Below, in pieces: positions 48,195-57,341 of a stretch of DNA of 64,000 nucleotides. The position numbers and the translations under genes are program-made. The stretch spans positions 66,125-130,124 of the forward strand of contig DAOVJY010000001.1 of the NCBI GenBank assembly GCA_030632085.1, in the 5' to 3' direction. The DNA is from Candidatus Omnitrophota bacterium. Its GTDB lineage: Bacteria > Omnitrophota > Gorgyraeia > JAGLLT01. Under the pieces are notes generated by a model, which had not been told where the DNA came from, did not search any database, and saw only the letters and a program-made list of their open reading frames with translations. Each line of letters opens with the position of its first letter. The stretch's first letter is position 1.

Positions 48195-48400
48195 GGACAC
48201 AAGTACAAAGTCACTAGTCACAAGACACAAGTAAAAAAACAAGCAAGATACAAGGCAAATAGCCAAGAGCTAAGAGCAAAAAGCAAAAGAACAAAAACAA
48301 GAACAAAATCATAAGTCACAAGTAAGAAACGGGAAAAACGGTCGCTGTCCCTATTTTACGCTTTTCCTATCCGCTCTACGCTATTCGCTAATAAATATCC
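48195..48400. repeat. Mosaic heptamer-repeat array
   Basis: gacacaagtacaaagtcactagtcacaag (shared with 59378), agctaagagcaaa, cgctaataaatat (shared with 6386), and a RAYT-REP variant at 48334-48357. Confidence 0.85.
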
Positions 48401-48404
48401 TCTT

Positions 48405-49931
48405 TTACTGATATTCCCGCCGTAATATTCTTTTTAATATCTTTCCCGTGGGTGTTTTAGGTAAATCGCTTCTTATTTCCACCCTGTGGGGAATTTTAAA
48501 ATTAGCTAAGCGCGACTTACAATAATCAATCACTTCTTTCGGCTCTATAGTTTCATTCTTTATAGGAACAACAATTGCTATAGGCACTTCTCCTTTGCGA
48601 GCATTTTTTATGCCGATAACCGCTACTTCCCGCACTTTTCGATTCAGTTCAATTACCTCTTCTATTTCACGCGGATAGATATTCATACCGTGAGATATAA
48701 CTATATCTTTTTTTCTATCTACTATGTAAATATAACCGTCTTCATCTATTCTCGCCAAATCACCCGTAAAAAGCCACTCGCCCTTTATAACCTTGGCTGT
48801 TTCCTCGGGCATATTATAATAACCCCTCATTACATTAGGGCCTTTAACAATTAACTCGCCAACATGGTTCACCGGCACCTCAACTTCTTCTTCATCAACC
48901 ACTTTGACTTCAATATCAGGTAAAGCTTTACCAACCGAACCCACCTTATTCAAACCTTTAATGGGACTCATAGAAACTACAGGAGAAGCTTCGGTTAATC
49001 CATAGCCTTCACGTAATTTAATATTAAAGCGGTTTTCAAAACACACAGCTACATTCTTGTCCAGAGGAGCTGAACCTGAAATTGTCAATTTTAAGGAGTT
49101 AAATTTAAAGATTATCCGCATAAAGGTGGTCATTTTTATAGTAGCAAAGACTTTAAAAACTTGCGGAATTCCAACTAAAAGAGTAACTCTTTTAAATAAA
49201 ATCGTTTTAATAAAGCGCCCAATGGGGTGTACGGAATCTAAAATAACTATTCTACTGGAAGCCATCACCGGTACGATAATACAAACAGTCATCATAAAAG
49301 AATGAAATGCCGGAAAGGCCAGAAGAACGCAATCCTTAGGGCCGATATTTATAGTCCGCAATGAAGCCTGGGCGTTAGATAAAAGATTGCTGTGAGTCAA
49401 CATAGCCCCCTTAGGAGAACCGGTAGTGCTTGAGGTATAGCTAATCACAGCTACATTACTAATACCTAATTTAATATTATGATTCTTAGTTGAGTGGCCT
49501 TTAATTACTTCCCGTAAATATTTAAAATTCTCAACTTCCACATCTGTTAAAATAATTTCGCTTAACCTATCCACTTTTTGCCTGATATGTTTCATAAGAG
49601 GCAAAAATTTTCCGCAAGTAATCAAAATCGAAACCTCACAATCATTTAAAATATAACTAATTTCAACCGGTTTCAAAAAAACGTTAATCGGTACGACTAT
49701 CATCCCGGCTTTAAAAATAGCAAAGAAAACAACCAAGTAATTAATTGAATTTTCATGCAGGATAGCGATATGGCTGCCCTTTGGTAAATTTAAATCCGAA
49801 AGAAGATAAGATGCTAATTGGTTAGATAAATCGTTAAGCTTTCGGTATGATATCTTGGTCTTACCTTCAATAGCGGCGTATTTTAACGGATATTTTTTTG
49901 CTGAATCTTCTAAAATTACAGCTAAATTCAT
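48405..49931 (-). CDS. Long-chain fatty acid-CoA ligase
   Basis: YTSSTTGSPKG, EGYGLTE, TGD, DRKKD, NIYPREIE, GKILKR. Confidence 0.9.
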   Translation of the reverse strand: MNLAVILEDSAKKYPLKYAAIEGKTKISYRKLNDLSNQLASYLLSDLNLPKGSHIAILHENSINYLVVFFAIFKAGMIVVPINVFLKPVEISYILNDCEVSILITCGKFLPLMKHIRQKVDRLSEIILTDVEVENFKYLREVIKGHSTKNHNIKLGISNVAVISYTSSTTGSPKGAMLTHSNLLSNAQASLRTINIGPKDCVLLAFPAFHSFMMTVCIIVPVMASSRIVILDSVHPIGRFIKTILFKRVTLLVGIPQVFKVFATIKMTTFMRIIFKFNSLKLTISGSAPLDKNVAVCFENRFNIKLREGYGLTEASPVVSMSPIKGLNKVGSVGKALPDIEVKVVDEEEVEVPVNHVGELIVKGPNVMRGYYNMPEETAKVIKGEWLFTGDLARIDEDGYIYIVDRKKDIVISHGMNIYPREIEEVIELNRKVREVAVIGIKNARKGEVPIAIVVPIKNETIEPKEVIDYCKSRLANFKIPHRVEIRSDLPKTPTGKILKRILRREYQ

Positions 49932-49943
49932 ATTGCCTCCTCG

Positions 49944-50153
49944 CTATGCCTTATCTGTTCTTAATGATACCATTGTCTTATCAGCGCTTTGCGTCAAGCT
50001 TATATGGCCTTCCCTGGCCAACCAACCAAGGCTCATCAAAATTAAATTTTCATCTTTTTCTATATCGCTAAGAAGTTTCTTTAAGTGAGACTCACCGTGT
50101 TTATCTAAATAATGCCATATCTCACCGGCTGTTATTCCAATTTGAGTAACCAT
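49944..50153 (-). CDS. Small winged-helix protein (DUF2582-like)
   Basis: IG.TAG.IW.YL...LGWLAREG; start moved to MVTQ at 50153 with SD. Confidence 0.8.
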   Translation of the reverse strand: MVTQIGITAGEIWHYLDKHGESHLKKLLSDIEKDENLILMSLGWLAREGHISLTQSADKTMVSLRTDKA

Positions 50154-50169
50154 AATTCCCCTCCTTTGC

Positions 50170-50409
50170 TTACACCTTAATACTCTTTTTATTATAACTG
50201 CCGCACCGCGGACATATAGAAATATCTTTGCTGTGACTATCAACATATGTATAAGCACATATTTGACACTGCCAAAAAGCATTTTCCGACTCTATCTCGA
50301 AAGAATCGGATTTATTCTTAGATTCATTTAAAAACCACATTAAAAAAACAGCGCCGCTCAAAAATACAACATATATCGCGTAAAACAACGAAAAACTGAC
50401 TTCAATCAT
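50170..50409 (-). CDS. Small TM + zinc-ribbon protein
   Basis: TM followed by CQIC...CPRC. Confidence 0.7.
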   Translation of the reverse strand: MIEVSFSLFYAIYVVFLSGAVFLMWFLNESKNKSDSFEIESENAFWQCQICAYTYVDSHSKDISICPRCGSYNKKSIKV

Positions 50410-51118
50410 TTGCAGCCTCTATCTTAACATTCACGATTCCCCATTGATTTCCTTCATCGTGAATAGAAGCACATTCCGTAAATCTTATTTTCTTAAGGTA
50501 TTTTTTTATTAAAAGATCAATCTCCATGTATCCGGATGATGTAAGCTGCTCTACAAATATTACCCGGCCCTGATTATCCGCGTAAAGCTTCCCTTTAATG
50601 CTAAATGAACCTTTATCATTAAGCCATTGAGGCATTTCCGGTTTATCCGGCAGATACACCAGCCCTCTTTCACTTAACGGCCCTTTTATATCCAAAAGCG
50701 GTTTCGAAATTAATTCATCCGAAAACGTGTATCGCTTGATAAGCATGTTTTCACTTATTAACTGCAGTTTCCCATCCGCCTTCATATATACCGAAGCGCT
50801 ACGTTCATCCACAGAGAGAATTCTCTCGGGCAATATCCCGCTCACCTGATGCTCTTTTTCCATAAGAGCCACGGCTTTTTTATTTTTACGCGCGGCAAAC
50901 GACCCCAGGGTTTTACTTAAATAAGCCTTCTGCAAAAAATCACCCAAAAAAACCGCCTGCGTCACAATTAATTCTTTTTCAATGGGTGCCGTGAAATTAA
51001 CATTAAAAATACACATCCAGAGCACATGCCAGCCAACCGAAATCATCAGAGCATAGGCTATAATTACCTTTTTGGTGTGATAGCTATATTTGTTTGCGAT
51101 ATTCCCAGTTCCCTGCAT
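50402..51118 (-). CDS. TonB/TolA-like protein
   Basis: TM with S...H motif; C-terminal G.V......SSG...D domain. Confidence 0.65.
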   Translation of the reverse strand: MQGTGNIANKYSYHTKKVIIAYALMISVGWHVLWMCIFNVNFTAPIEKELIVTQAVFLGDFLQKAYLSKTLGSFAARKNKKAVALMEKEHQVSGILPERILSVDERSASVYMKADGKLQLISENMLIKRYTFSDELISKPLLDIKGPLSERGLVYLPDKPEMPQWLNDKGSFSIKGKLYADNQGRVIFVEQLTSSGYMEIDLLIKKYLKKIRFTECASIHDEGNQWGIVNVKIEAAND

Positions 51119-51498
51119 AAATCCCAGACCTCCGCTATGCTTCCTAAGGTTACCTGCTCGTCACCTCTTATATAAACGGATTTGTGGCTCTCGGCCATTT
51201 TTTTCAATTCGACTTTTAATTGTTTCATGTCCATCTTTTGGTTATCAAGGTAAAAAACATTATCTTTGGTAATGGTCAGGACAATCTTTTTTTGCTTAAG
51301 CATCTGGCCGGTAAGAGCCTTGGGTAAATTTACGGGTATACCGGGCTGCGAAACAAAACTGGATGTAAGCATAAAAAATATAATCAAAAGGAAAACCACA
51401 TCAACCAGCGGTGCCATATCCAGAGCGCCTTTTTTCACTTTGACATGTTTTTGTAATTTTATCGTTGACTTTTTCCAGTAGTCTTTAAAACTGTACAT
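51064..51498 (-). CDS. exbD: ExbD/TolR biopolymer transporter
   Basis: PLVDVVFLLIIFFML, V.LP, IRGD. Confidence 0.92.
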   Translation of the reverse strand: MYSFKDYWKKSTIKLQKHVKVKKGALDMAPLVDVVFLLIIFFMLTSSFVSQPGIPVNLPKALTGQMLKQKKIVLTITKDNVFYLDNQKMDMKQLKVELKKMAESHKSVYIRGDEQVTLGSIAEVWDLCRELGISQTNIAITPKR

Positions 51499-51499
51499 A

Positions 51500-52120
51500 T
51501 TAATAACCCTTCTGAGATATGGCAGTAGTTAAGTCAGTGGCACTCTGCTCCATCTCAAAAACTATATTCTCTACCCGGCTAACTAAATAATTATAAGTTA
51601 CATAAAAAACAATGGCCACGGCTAAACCGGCCGCGGTCGTAATCAAGGCGGTAGATATACCTCCCGCTAAATCTCCCGGATTAACCGGAGAGCCTATGAC
51701 CGCTTTATCCCTTATAACCTGAAAGGCTTCCATCATACCGGTAACTGTTCCCAGAAGGCCCAATAAAGGGCAAATATGAGCTACTGTAGCCAGGATATTA
51801 AGATTCTTTTCAAGGCGGGCCACTTCATGTAAGCCGACATCTTCAATGGCCTCTTTAATTTCATTCTTACCGCGGTCATGCTTTAAAACTCCGGCTTTGA
51901 CAATGTGGGCAATGGGCCCGGGCGTCTGATCGCAAAGTTCCAGAGCCTGAATTATCTTATTGCGTTTAATGGAACCGGTAATAGCCTCCATGAACTTTCT
52001 GGTATCAATCCTCGCCCGATAGAGGTGCCAAACCCTTTCAATACTTACCGCCAGGCCAACCACCGAACAAAGTATAATCGGTACCATTAAAACTCCGCCT
52101 TCTTTAATCATCTGCCACAT
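51500..52120 (-). CDS. exbB: MotA/TolQ/ExbB proton channel
   Basis: PLLGLLGTV.GM, GIS.ALITTAAGL. Confidence 0.92.
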   Translation of the reverse strand: MWQMIKEGGVLMVPIILCSVVGLAVSIERVWHLYRARIDTRKFMEAITGSIKRNKIIQALELCDQTPGPIAHIVKAGVLKHDRGKNEIKEAIEDVGLHEVARLEKNLNILATVAHICPLLGLLGTVTGMMEAFQVIRDKAVIGSPVNPGDLAGGISTALITTAAGLAVAIVFYVTYNYLVSRVENIVFEMEQSATDLTTAISQKGY

Positions 52121-52140
52121 TAGAACTTCCTCCTGCTAGT

Positions 52141-54600
52141 TTAATTAATTATTAAGCGTTTCTCTATCTTTTCTAACCCTAAAATTGCTTGTTCCTTGTG
52201 TTCTTCATTTAAATCAATAACTTTTTGATACATTAAAGCGGCTTTTTCAAACTCACCTTTTTCTTCAAAAATCGCGCCCGCTTTAAGCCGGGCTTCCGCC
52301 ACCCAAAAGTTGGAAGCGGGATATTTATAAATAACTTTCATATAATTCGATAAGGCTTCATCGGCATCATTCAACAACCCGTAACAACCGGCTATTTCAT
52401 ATTGAATTTTGGCGTTTAAATCGTTATCACCGTCCCGCAAAGCCTTCTTATAATATTCCAAAGCCTGCTTAAATTCTTTTTTTTGCTTGTATGCCAGAGC
52501 TATTTTTTCAGAAGCCAAATTAACCAGCGATGAAGAGCTGTAAATATTAAAGAGCTGCCGGGCCTTCTTTATAGCTTCGTCATTTTTATTCTGATTAAGA
52601 TATATGCTTGCTTCATCTATGAGGGCTTGAGGTGCCAAATAATGCGTAGAAAAACCTGTATAGACAATACTGAGTTCATCCAGGGCCTCTTTGCTATTAC
52701 CCTCTTTGAGAAAAATAGTGGCTAACCAGTAATGGCTTTCAGCGGCCGCGTCCGCTTCGGGTTCCTGCTTTATTATATCATAAAAGTAAACCTTTGCTTT
52801 GTCTAATTCTTCCCGGCTATAATAATAATCCGCCAGCCACAGCTTAGCTTCCACCTGCAGCCTGGCCTGCTTTGAATCAGCTGATAAGCCGTTAAAGATT
52901 TCTATAGCCTGCGATATCTTACCCATTTTATAATAACACCAGCCAAGCTGGTAAATTGACTTATAGGCCATCTCATCTTCTTTATATTTATCCGCTATGT
53001 GCTTATAAACATTAATCGCCTGTTGGTATTGCCCTAAATTGTAATTTGCCGTCGCTTCTCCAAAAGAAGCGTCCGCTTTGAGGCTGCTCTTGGGATATTT
53101 CTTGATTAACTTCGCAAACTCCCTCTTTGCTAAATCATATTCTTCCCCTTTTAAATATATGAGGCCTATTCTATACTGGGCCTGATCTCTTAATTTACTT
53201 TTAGGGTAAGAAATTATCAGGTGGTCATAGGCGGCTAATGCCGACTCATAATCCAGCATCTGATAAAAGACAGTCCCCAGTTGATATTGGGCATAATCGG
53301 CGTAGTAGCTTTCCGGATACGTCTCTAATATTTCATCATATGTTTCAATGGCCTTGGGATAATCCTTAACATCCAAATGGGCGTCGGCCTTACGGCATAA
53401 AGCGATAACTCTTGTCATTTCATCTTCTGAAGACTGGGTTAAGTTTTCAAACTCCATAATCGCCTTATCAAACTCCTTTAACCTCAGATAAACCCAACCT
53501 AAATTATAATAAGCATCCACTAATAGCGGGCTCTTGGGATAACCTATGGTGAAATCCTCATAATTCCGGGCGGCGGACTTTAAATCATCCATTTTATAAT
53601 ATGACTCCGCTATCCAGAAAGAAACCTTATCGTCTATTTGATTATCCGGATAAATATTTGTAATCTTATTATATGTTTCAATGGCTTTAGTGTGTATATT
53701 AAGATTATTATAAGCCCTGCCTTTCAAAAAAAGCATTTCAGGCGCCAGTTGACTATCTTTAAAGTTATCCATAAAATCATCCGCCACACTTACCACCATA
53801 GAGTCATCATCTTTTTTTAAATAAGACCAGGCTAAATTGTAAAGTGCTTTTTCTCTTAAATTAACCTCATCGGTTTTCAGAGTTTTGTCGTAGAATTCAG
53901 CCGCGCTATCGTAATCCGATAAACTGAAATAATTCTCCGCCGTTAAATAATAAGCTTCATAAACCTGTTTAGAATCTTTATTCTCTTTAATGAGTCGTTT
54001 TAAATACTCAATCGCTTTTTTATTTTCATCTAAACCGCTAAAACACCTGGCCATATTAAGCTTGGCATCTAAAATTAAATCGACCTCTTTGGCCGTCTTT
54101 AAGTAACTGCTATAGAATTCAGAAGCCGCCTTATAATCTTCCAGTTTTTGATAAGAGCGCGCCAAAAGAAAACGGCTTAAGGTGTTATAATCCGATTCCG
54201 GATATTCTTGAGTAATCTCTAAAAGAGGTTTAAGAGAACTGGTGTAGTCTTCATTTTGGATGTAAATCTGGGCTAACCAGTAAAGAACTTCATCTTTTAT
54301 AGTTGCCGCTTCGGGGTCATTAATTAATTTTTCAAGCTCTCCCTGAGCCTGGTGCAGATTATCCATATTATAGGAACATAGGGCTATAAAAAGAGCGGCC
54401 TCATCACTTAAAGTGCTTTGAGGATACTCAGTTATAAACGCCTGGAAGTATTTTTGGGCCTCTTCATAAAAATTGTCATAAAAGGCCTGGCGGGCAAGCT
54501 TAAAGTCATCAATTTCTGAAGCCGAAACCGCGGCCGTTAGCGGTGAAATCGCTAATATCAGGTAAAATACAACTGTGAGGATAAATGTCGGACATCTCAT
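52141..54600 (-). CDS. Periplasmic TPR protein (CpoB/BamD-like repeats)
   Basis: Signal peptide; repeated YP.S...A TPR units. Confidence 0.85.
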   Translation of the reverse strand: MRCPTFILTVVFYLILAISPLTAAVSASEIDDFKLARQAFYDNFYEEAQKYFQAFITEYPQSTLSDEAALFIALCSYNMDNLHQAQGELEKLINDPEAATIKDEVLYWLAQIYIQNEDYTSSLKPLLEITQEYPESDYNTLSRFLLARSYQKLEDYKAASEFYSSYLKTAKEVDLILDAKLNMARCFSGLDENKKAIEYLKRLIKENKDSKQVYEAYYLTAENYFSLSDYDSAAEFYDKTLKTDEVNLREKALYNLAWSYLKKDDDSMVVSVADDFMDNFKDSQLAPEMLFLKGRAYNNLNIHTKAIETYNKITNIYPDNQIDDKVSFWIAESYYKMDDLKSAARNYEDFTIGYPKSPLLVDAYYNLGWVYLRLKEFDKAIMEFENLTQSSEDEMTRVIALCRKADAHLDVKDYPKAIETYDEILETYPESYYADYAQYQLGTVFYQMLDYESALAAYDHLIISYPKSKLRDQAQYRIGLIYLKGEEYDLAKREFAKLIKKYPKSSLKADASFGEATANYNLGQYQQAINVYKHIADKYKEDEMAYKSIYQLGWCYYKMGKISQAIEIFNGLSADSKQARLQVEAKLWLADYYYSREELDKAKVYFYDIIKQEPEADAAAESHYWLATIFLKEGNSKEALDELSIVYTGFSTHYLAPQALIDEASIYLNQNKNDEAIKKARQLFNIYSSSSLVNLASEKIALAYKQKKEFKQALEYYKKALRDGDNDLNAKIQYEIAGCYGLLNDADEALSNYMKVIYKYPASNFWVAEARLKAGAIFEEKGEFEKAALMYQKVIDLNEEHKEQAILGLEKIEKRLIIN

Positions 54601-54647
54601 AATTTATAGTCTTTTTCTCTGTAAATAGTTTAACAAAAAGAGAGGAA

Positions 54648-54881
54648 CTAAACAAGCAGTTTTTTAAGATATTGACCTGTATAAGAAGACTTTATTTTAG
54701 TTATTTCTTCCGGTGTGCCGCTTGCTATAACATAACCACCCTTATCTCCACCTTCAGGCCCCAGGTCAATAATATAATCAGCTGTCTTAATCACATCCAG
54801 GTTATGTTCAATAACCAGGACGGAATTGCCCTTAGAGGTTAAGCGGTGAAGTATATTCAAGAGTTTATCAATATCGGCAAA
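54648..54881 (-). pseudogene. uvrA: 3' remnant of uvrA
   Basis: FADI..LL..L..L...[29 protein letters not shown]...SYTGQYL. Confidence 0.9.
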
Positions 54882-54914
54882 AAGGGGGTACGCGGGCTTC
54901 TTTTTTTAAAAAGA

Positions 54915-54955
54915 AAAAGCCCCTTGTAATATTAAATATAACAAAGGGCTTTTTT
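54915..54955. terminator. Bidirectional terminator
   Basis: aaaagccc.ttgt...acaa.gggctttttt. Confidence 0.75.
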
Positions 54956-54979
54956 GATATATCAATAAGGTTTTAAGCC

Positions 54980-55177
54980 TTATTTTTTCTTTTTCTTTGC
55001 AGCTTTTTTAACTACTTTTTTCTTAGCTACTTTTTTCTTTACAACCTTTTTCTTAGCGGCTTTCTTTTTCTTACCGCCTCTAGCCATTTTAGCTTTAGAT
55101 ACATCACCATCTTTATCTATAAAATAAAGGTAGCCAGATTCTTTCTTAATACCACATTTCAGTACTTTAGTCGCCAT
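54980..55177 (-). CDS. Small basic protein with H1-like Lys-rich tail, putative nucleoid-associated
   Basis: Strong GGAGG SD and own terminator; KKKVVKKKVAKKK repeats. Confidence 0.7.
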   Translation of the reverse strand: MATKVLKCGIKKESGYLYFIDKDGDVSKAKMARGGKKKKAAKKKVVKKKVAKKKVVKKAAKKKKK

Positions 55178-55213
55178 CCTGCTTCACCTCCTCCCCTTTT
55201 TTTTAATAAAAAA

Positions 55214-56020
55214 TTAAGTCCCTAATTTAACATGACTCAATATCTGCTTTAAACAGGCAATGCATGAAAGTACCGCTAAATAACTTGTTTTAGGATTGTT
55301 CGGCGAGGGCATATTTTCACTTAAGGTTTCCACCCGGCCAAAATCCCCTTCAATCACCATCTGATGTGAATTTCTCACAAATTCAGGTGAAGTTATAATC
55401 TTCACTTTCGTCTTATCCGCTCCTACGCTCATCAAGCTCAAAAGCGCCGCCACATTTATATTTTTAGGAAAAGCCTTAATGGCTTCTTTAGCGCTTCCCT
55501 GGAAAATAACAGTTTCTTTATCTATTTTATCTATATCAATATTCTGTTTTTCTAAAAAAGGCGCTCCCTTTAGGCCTCGCGGCGGTTTACGTGTTATAAG
55601 CCGGGCACTTTTAATATTTGATATACCGGCCGCCTTTACGGCGTCCAGCCCGCAAAGCGCCCCTGAGGGCAAGTAAAGACAAGCCTTACTTTTTTCCGCC
55701 AACTCAAAAAGCTCTTCATGGCCGATAAAGCCGCCAACACTAATTGCCATTACATCAACATCGGCATCAAGGCATTTTTTTACCAGTTCCGCGATGATAT
55801 CACCACTGGCAGCTTCTATAACCAAATCACTCTTTGGAATCAACTCATCCAAAGAAAGCAGTTCCGGTTTCTCGTTTAATTCCGCGAGAAGTTTTTTGGC
55901 ATTTGCTTCATTTATATCACAAAGAGCAACCAACTTCGCGTCTTTATTAAATCTATCCGTAATGGCCCGGGCTATTTCACTACCTATAGTCCCGCAACCA
56001 ACAAGCGCTATCTTAAGCAT
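55214..56020 (-). CDS. nadX: L-aspartate dehydrogenase
   Basis: GCGTIG, EAAS, PSGA..GLD, FP.N.NVAA, NPKTS.LA. Confidence 0.92.
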   Translation of the reverse strand: MLKIALVGCGTIGSEIARAITDRFNKDAKLVALCDINEANAKKLLAELNEKPELLSLDELIPKSDLVIEAASGDIIAELVKKCLDADVDVMAISVGGFIGHEELFELAEKSKACLYLPSGALCGLDAVKAAGISNIKSARLITRKPPRGLKGAPFLEKQNIDIDKIDKETVIFQGSAKEAIKAFPKNINVAALLSLMSVGADKTKVKIITSPEFVRNSHQMVIEGDFGRVETLSENMPSPNNPKTSYLAVLSCIACLKQILSHVKLGT

Positions 56021-56029
56021 AAATGTCCT

Positions 56030-56875
56030 TCAAGGCTTTAAAATAATGTTATCAATTAATCTTATATTTTTTATTTTCGCGGCTATCGCTACCACTACCC
56101 CGCGGCTAATATACCCAACATCCTCGAGGTTATCGGCATCAAGTATTTCTATATACTCAATATTAACACATTTTTCGTCGGAAATTGCTTTTTTTATCAT
56201 TTTTTTTAACACTGCCGTTTTCTTGCACCCCTCTTTAAACGCCCTTTCGGCCGCTTTTAGAGCCTTATAAATAACCGCGGCTTTTTTTCTGTCCACCGTC
56301 GATAAATATCTATTTCTGGAACTCATCGCCAATCCGTTCAACTCTCTAAAAATAGGCAGCATTTTTACTTTGATACTGAAGTTTAAATCTTCAATCATTT
56401 TTATAATAATTCTTAATTGTTGGTAATCTTTTTGCCCGAAATAAACCGCGTCGGGCTCAATCAAATTAAAAAGTTTAGCAACTATAGTACATACACCTTT
56501 AAAATGTCCTGGGCGGATTAGGCCGCAAAGTTTAGCGGATAAATTGCCGCAGCCAACATAAGTCTCAAAATCATCCTTGTACATTTCATCCGAGTCGGGC
56601 GTAAAAACAATGTCGACCCCGCTGTCTTTAGCGAGTTTTAAATCACGCTTTAAACTTCTGGGGTACTTTTTGAAATCTTCCTTGGGGCCAAACTGGGTAG
56701 GGTTTATGAAAATACTTAAGACAACAATATCATTATCAACTCTAGCCTTTTTTATAAGGCTTAAGTGGCCTTGATGCAGAAAACCCATGGTCGGTACGAA
56801 GCCGACTTTTTTATTGGGAGCTTTGAGTTTCCTGATGAGCTGATTGATTTTCCTGCGCGACTTGATTACTTTCAT
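56030..56875 (-). CDS. panC: Pantoate-beta-alanine ligase
   Basis: VPTMG.LHQGH, NP.QF, RPGHF.GV, FGQKDYQQ, AMSSRN, RLIDN. Confidence 0.96.
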   Translation of the reverse strand: MKVIKSRRKINQLIRKLKAPNKKVGFVPTMGFLHQGHLSLIKKARVDNDIVVLSIFINPTQFGPKEDFKKYPRSLKRDLKLAKDSGVDIVFTPDSDEMYKDDFETYVGCGNLSAKLCGLIRPGHFKGVCTIVAKLFNLIEPDAVYFGQKDYQQLRIIIKMIEDLNFSIKVKMLPIFRELNGLAMSSRNRYLSTVDRKKAAVIYKALKAAERAFKEGCKKTAVLKKMIKKAISDEKCVNIEYIEILDADNLEDVGYISRGVVVAIAAKIKNIRLIDNIILKP

Positions 56876-57341
56876 GCTCTTTACTTAAATCCTCGAGTAA
56901 ATCTTTAGCGCGTTTATTAAGTCCGGGGTGAGTTACTTCCGGAGCTATTTCACATAGGGGCTGTAAAACAAAACCTCTTTTATGCATCTCGGGATGAGGA
57001 ATCTTTAGGTTCTTGCCTTTGATGATTAAGTCGTCGAATAAGAGAATATCTAAATCTATTTCGCGCGGGCCCCATTTTTCATGAACCTCTTTACGGCCCA
57101 AAAATCGTTCAATATTTTTAAGACGCTTAAAGAGTGTGTAGGGGTCTAAAAAAGTTTCAATTTCAACTACTAAATTTAAATATTTATCCTGCTCGGACTT
57201 GCCTTCCGGTTCCGTTTCAATAATTGTGGCTTTTTTGAGAATCTTTATTTGCGGGTCCTTATCTAAATGATCCAGAGCTCTTTTTATATATTCTTCGCGG
57301 TTGCCCTTATTGGAGCCAATGCCGATAAAAAGTTTACTCAT
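56811..57341 (-). CDS. folK: HPPK
   Basis: GSN.G.R, ET.P, WGPREIDLDIL, IPHP.M..R.FVL.PL. Confidence 0.95.
   Translation of the reverse strand: MSKLFIGIGSNKGNREEYIKRALDHLDKDPQIKILKKATIIETEPEGKSEQDKYLNLVVEIETFLDPYTLFKRLKNIERFLGRKEVHEKWGPREIDLDILLFDDLIIKGKNLKIPHPEMHKRGFVLQPLCEIAPEVTHPGLNKRAKDLLEDLSKEHESNQVAQENQSAHQETQSSQ

Noticed and set aside
49405-49440. YTSSTTG instead of YTSGTTG in the acyl-CoA ligase P-loop
   Set aside because: A single conservative change with all other motifs intact; not enough to claim altered function.
56030-57341. Absence of panB between folK and panC
   Set aside because: The genes overlap with no scar; panB may be elsewhere in the genome.
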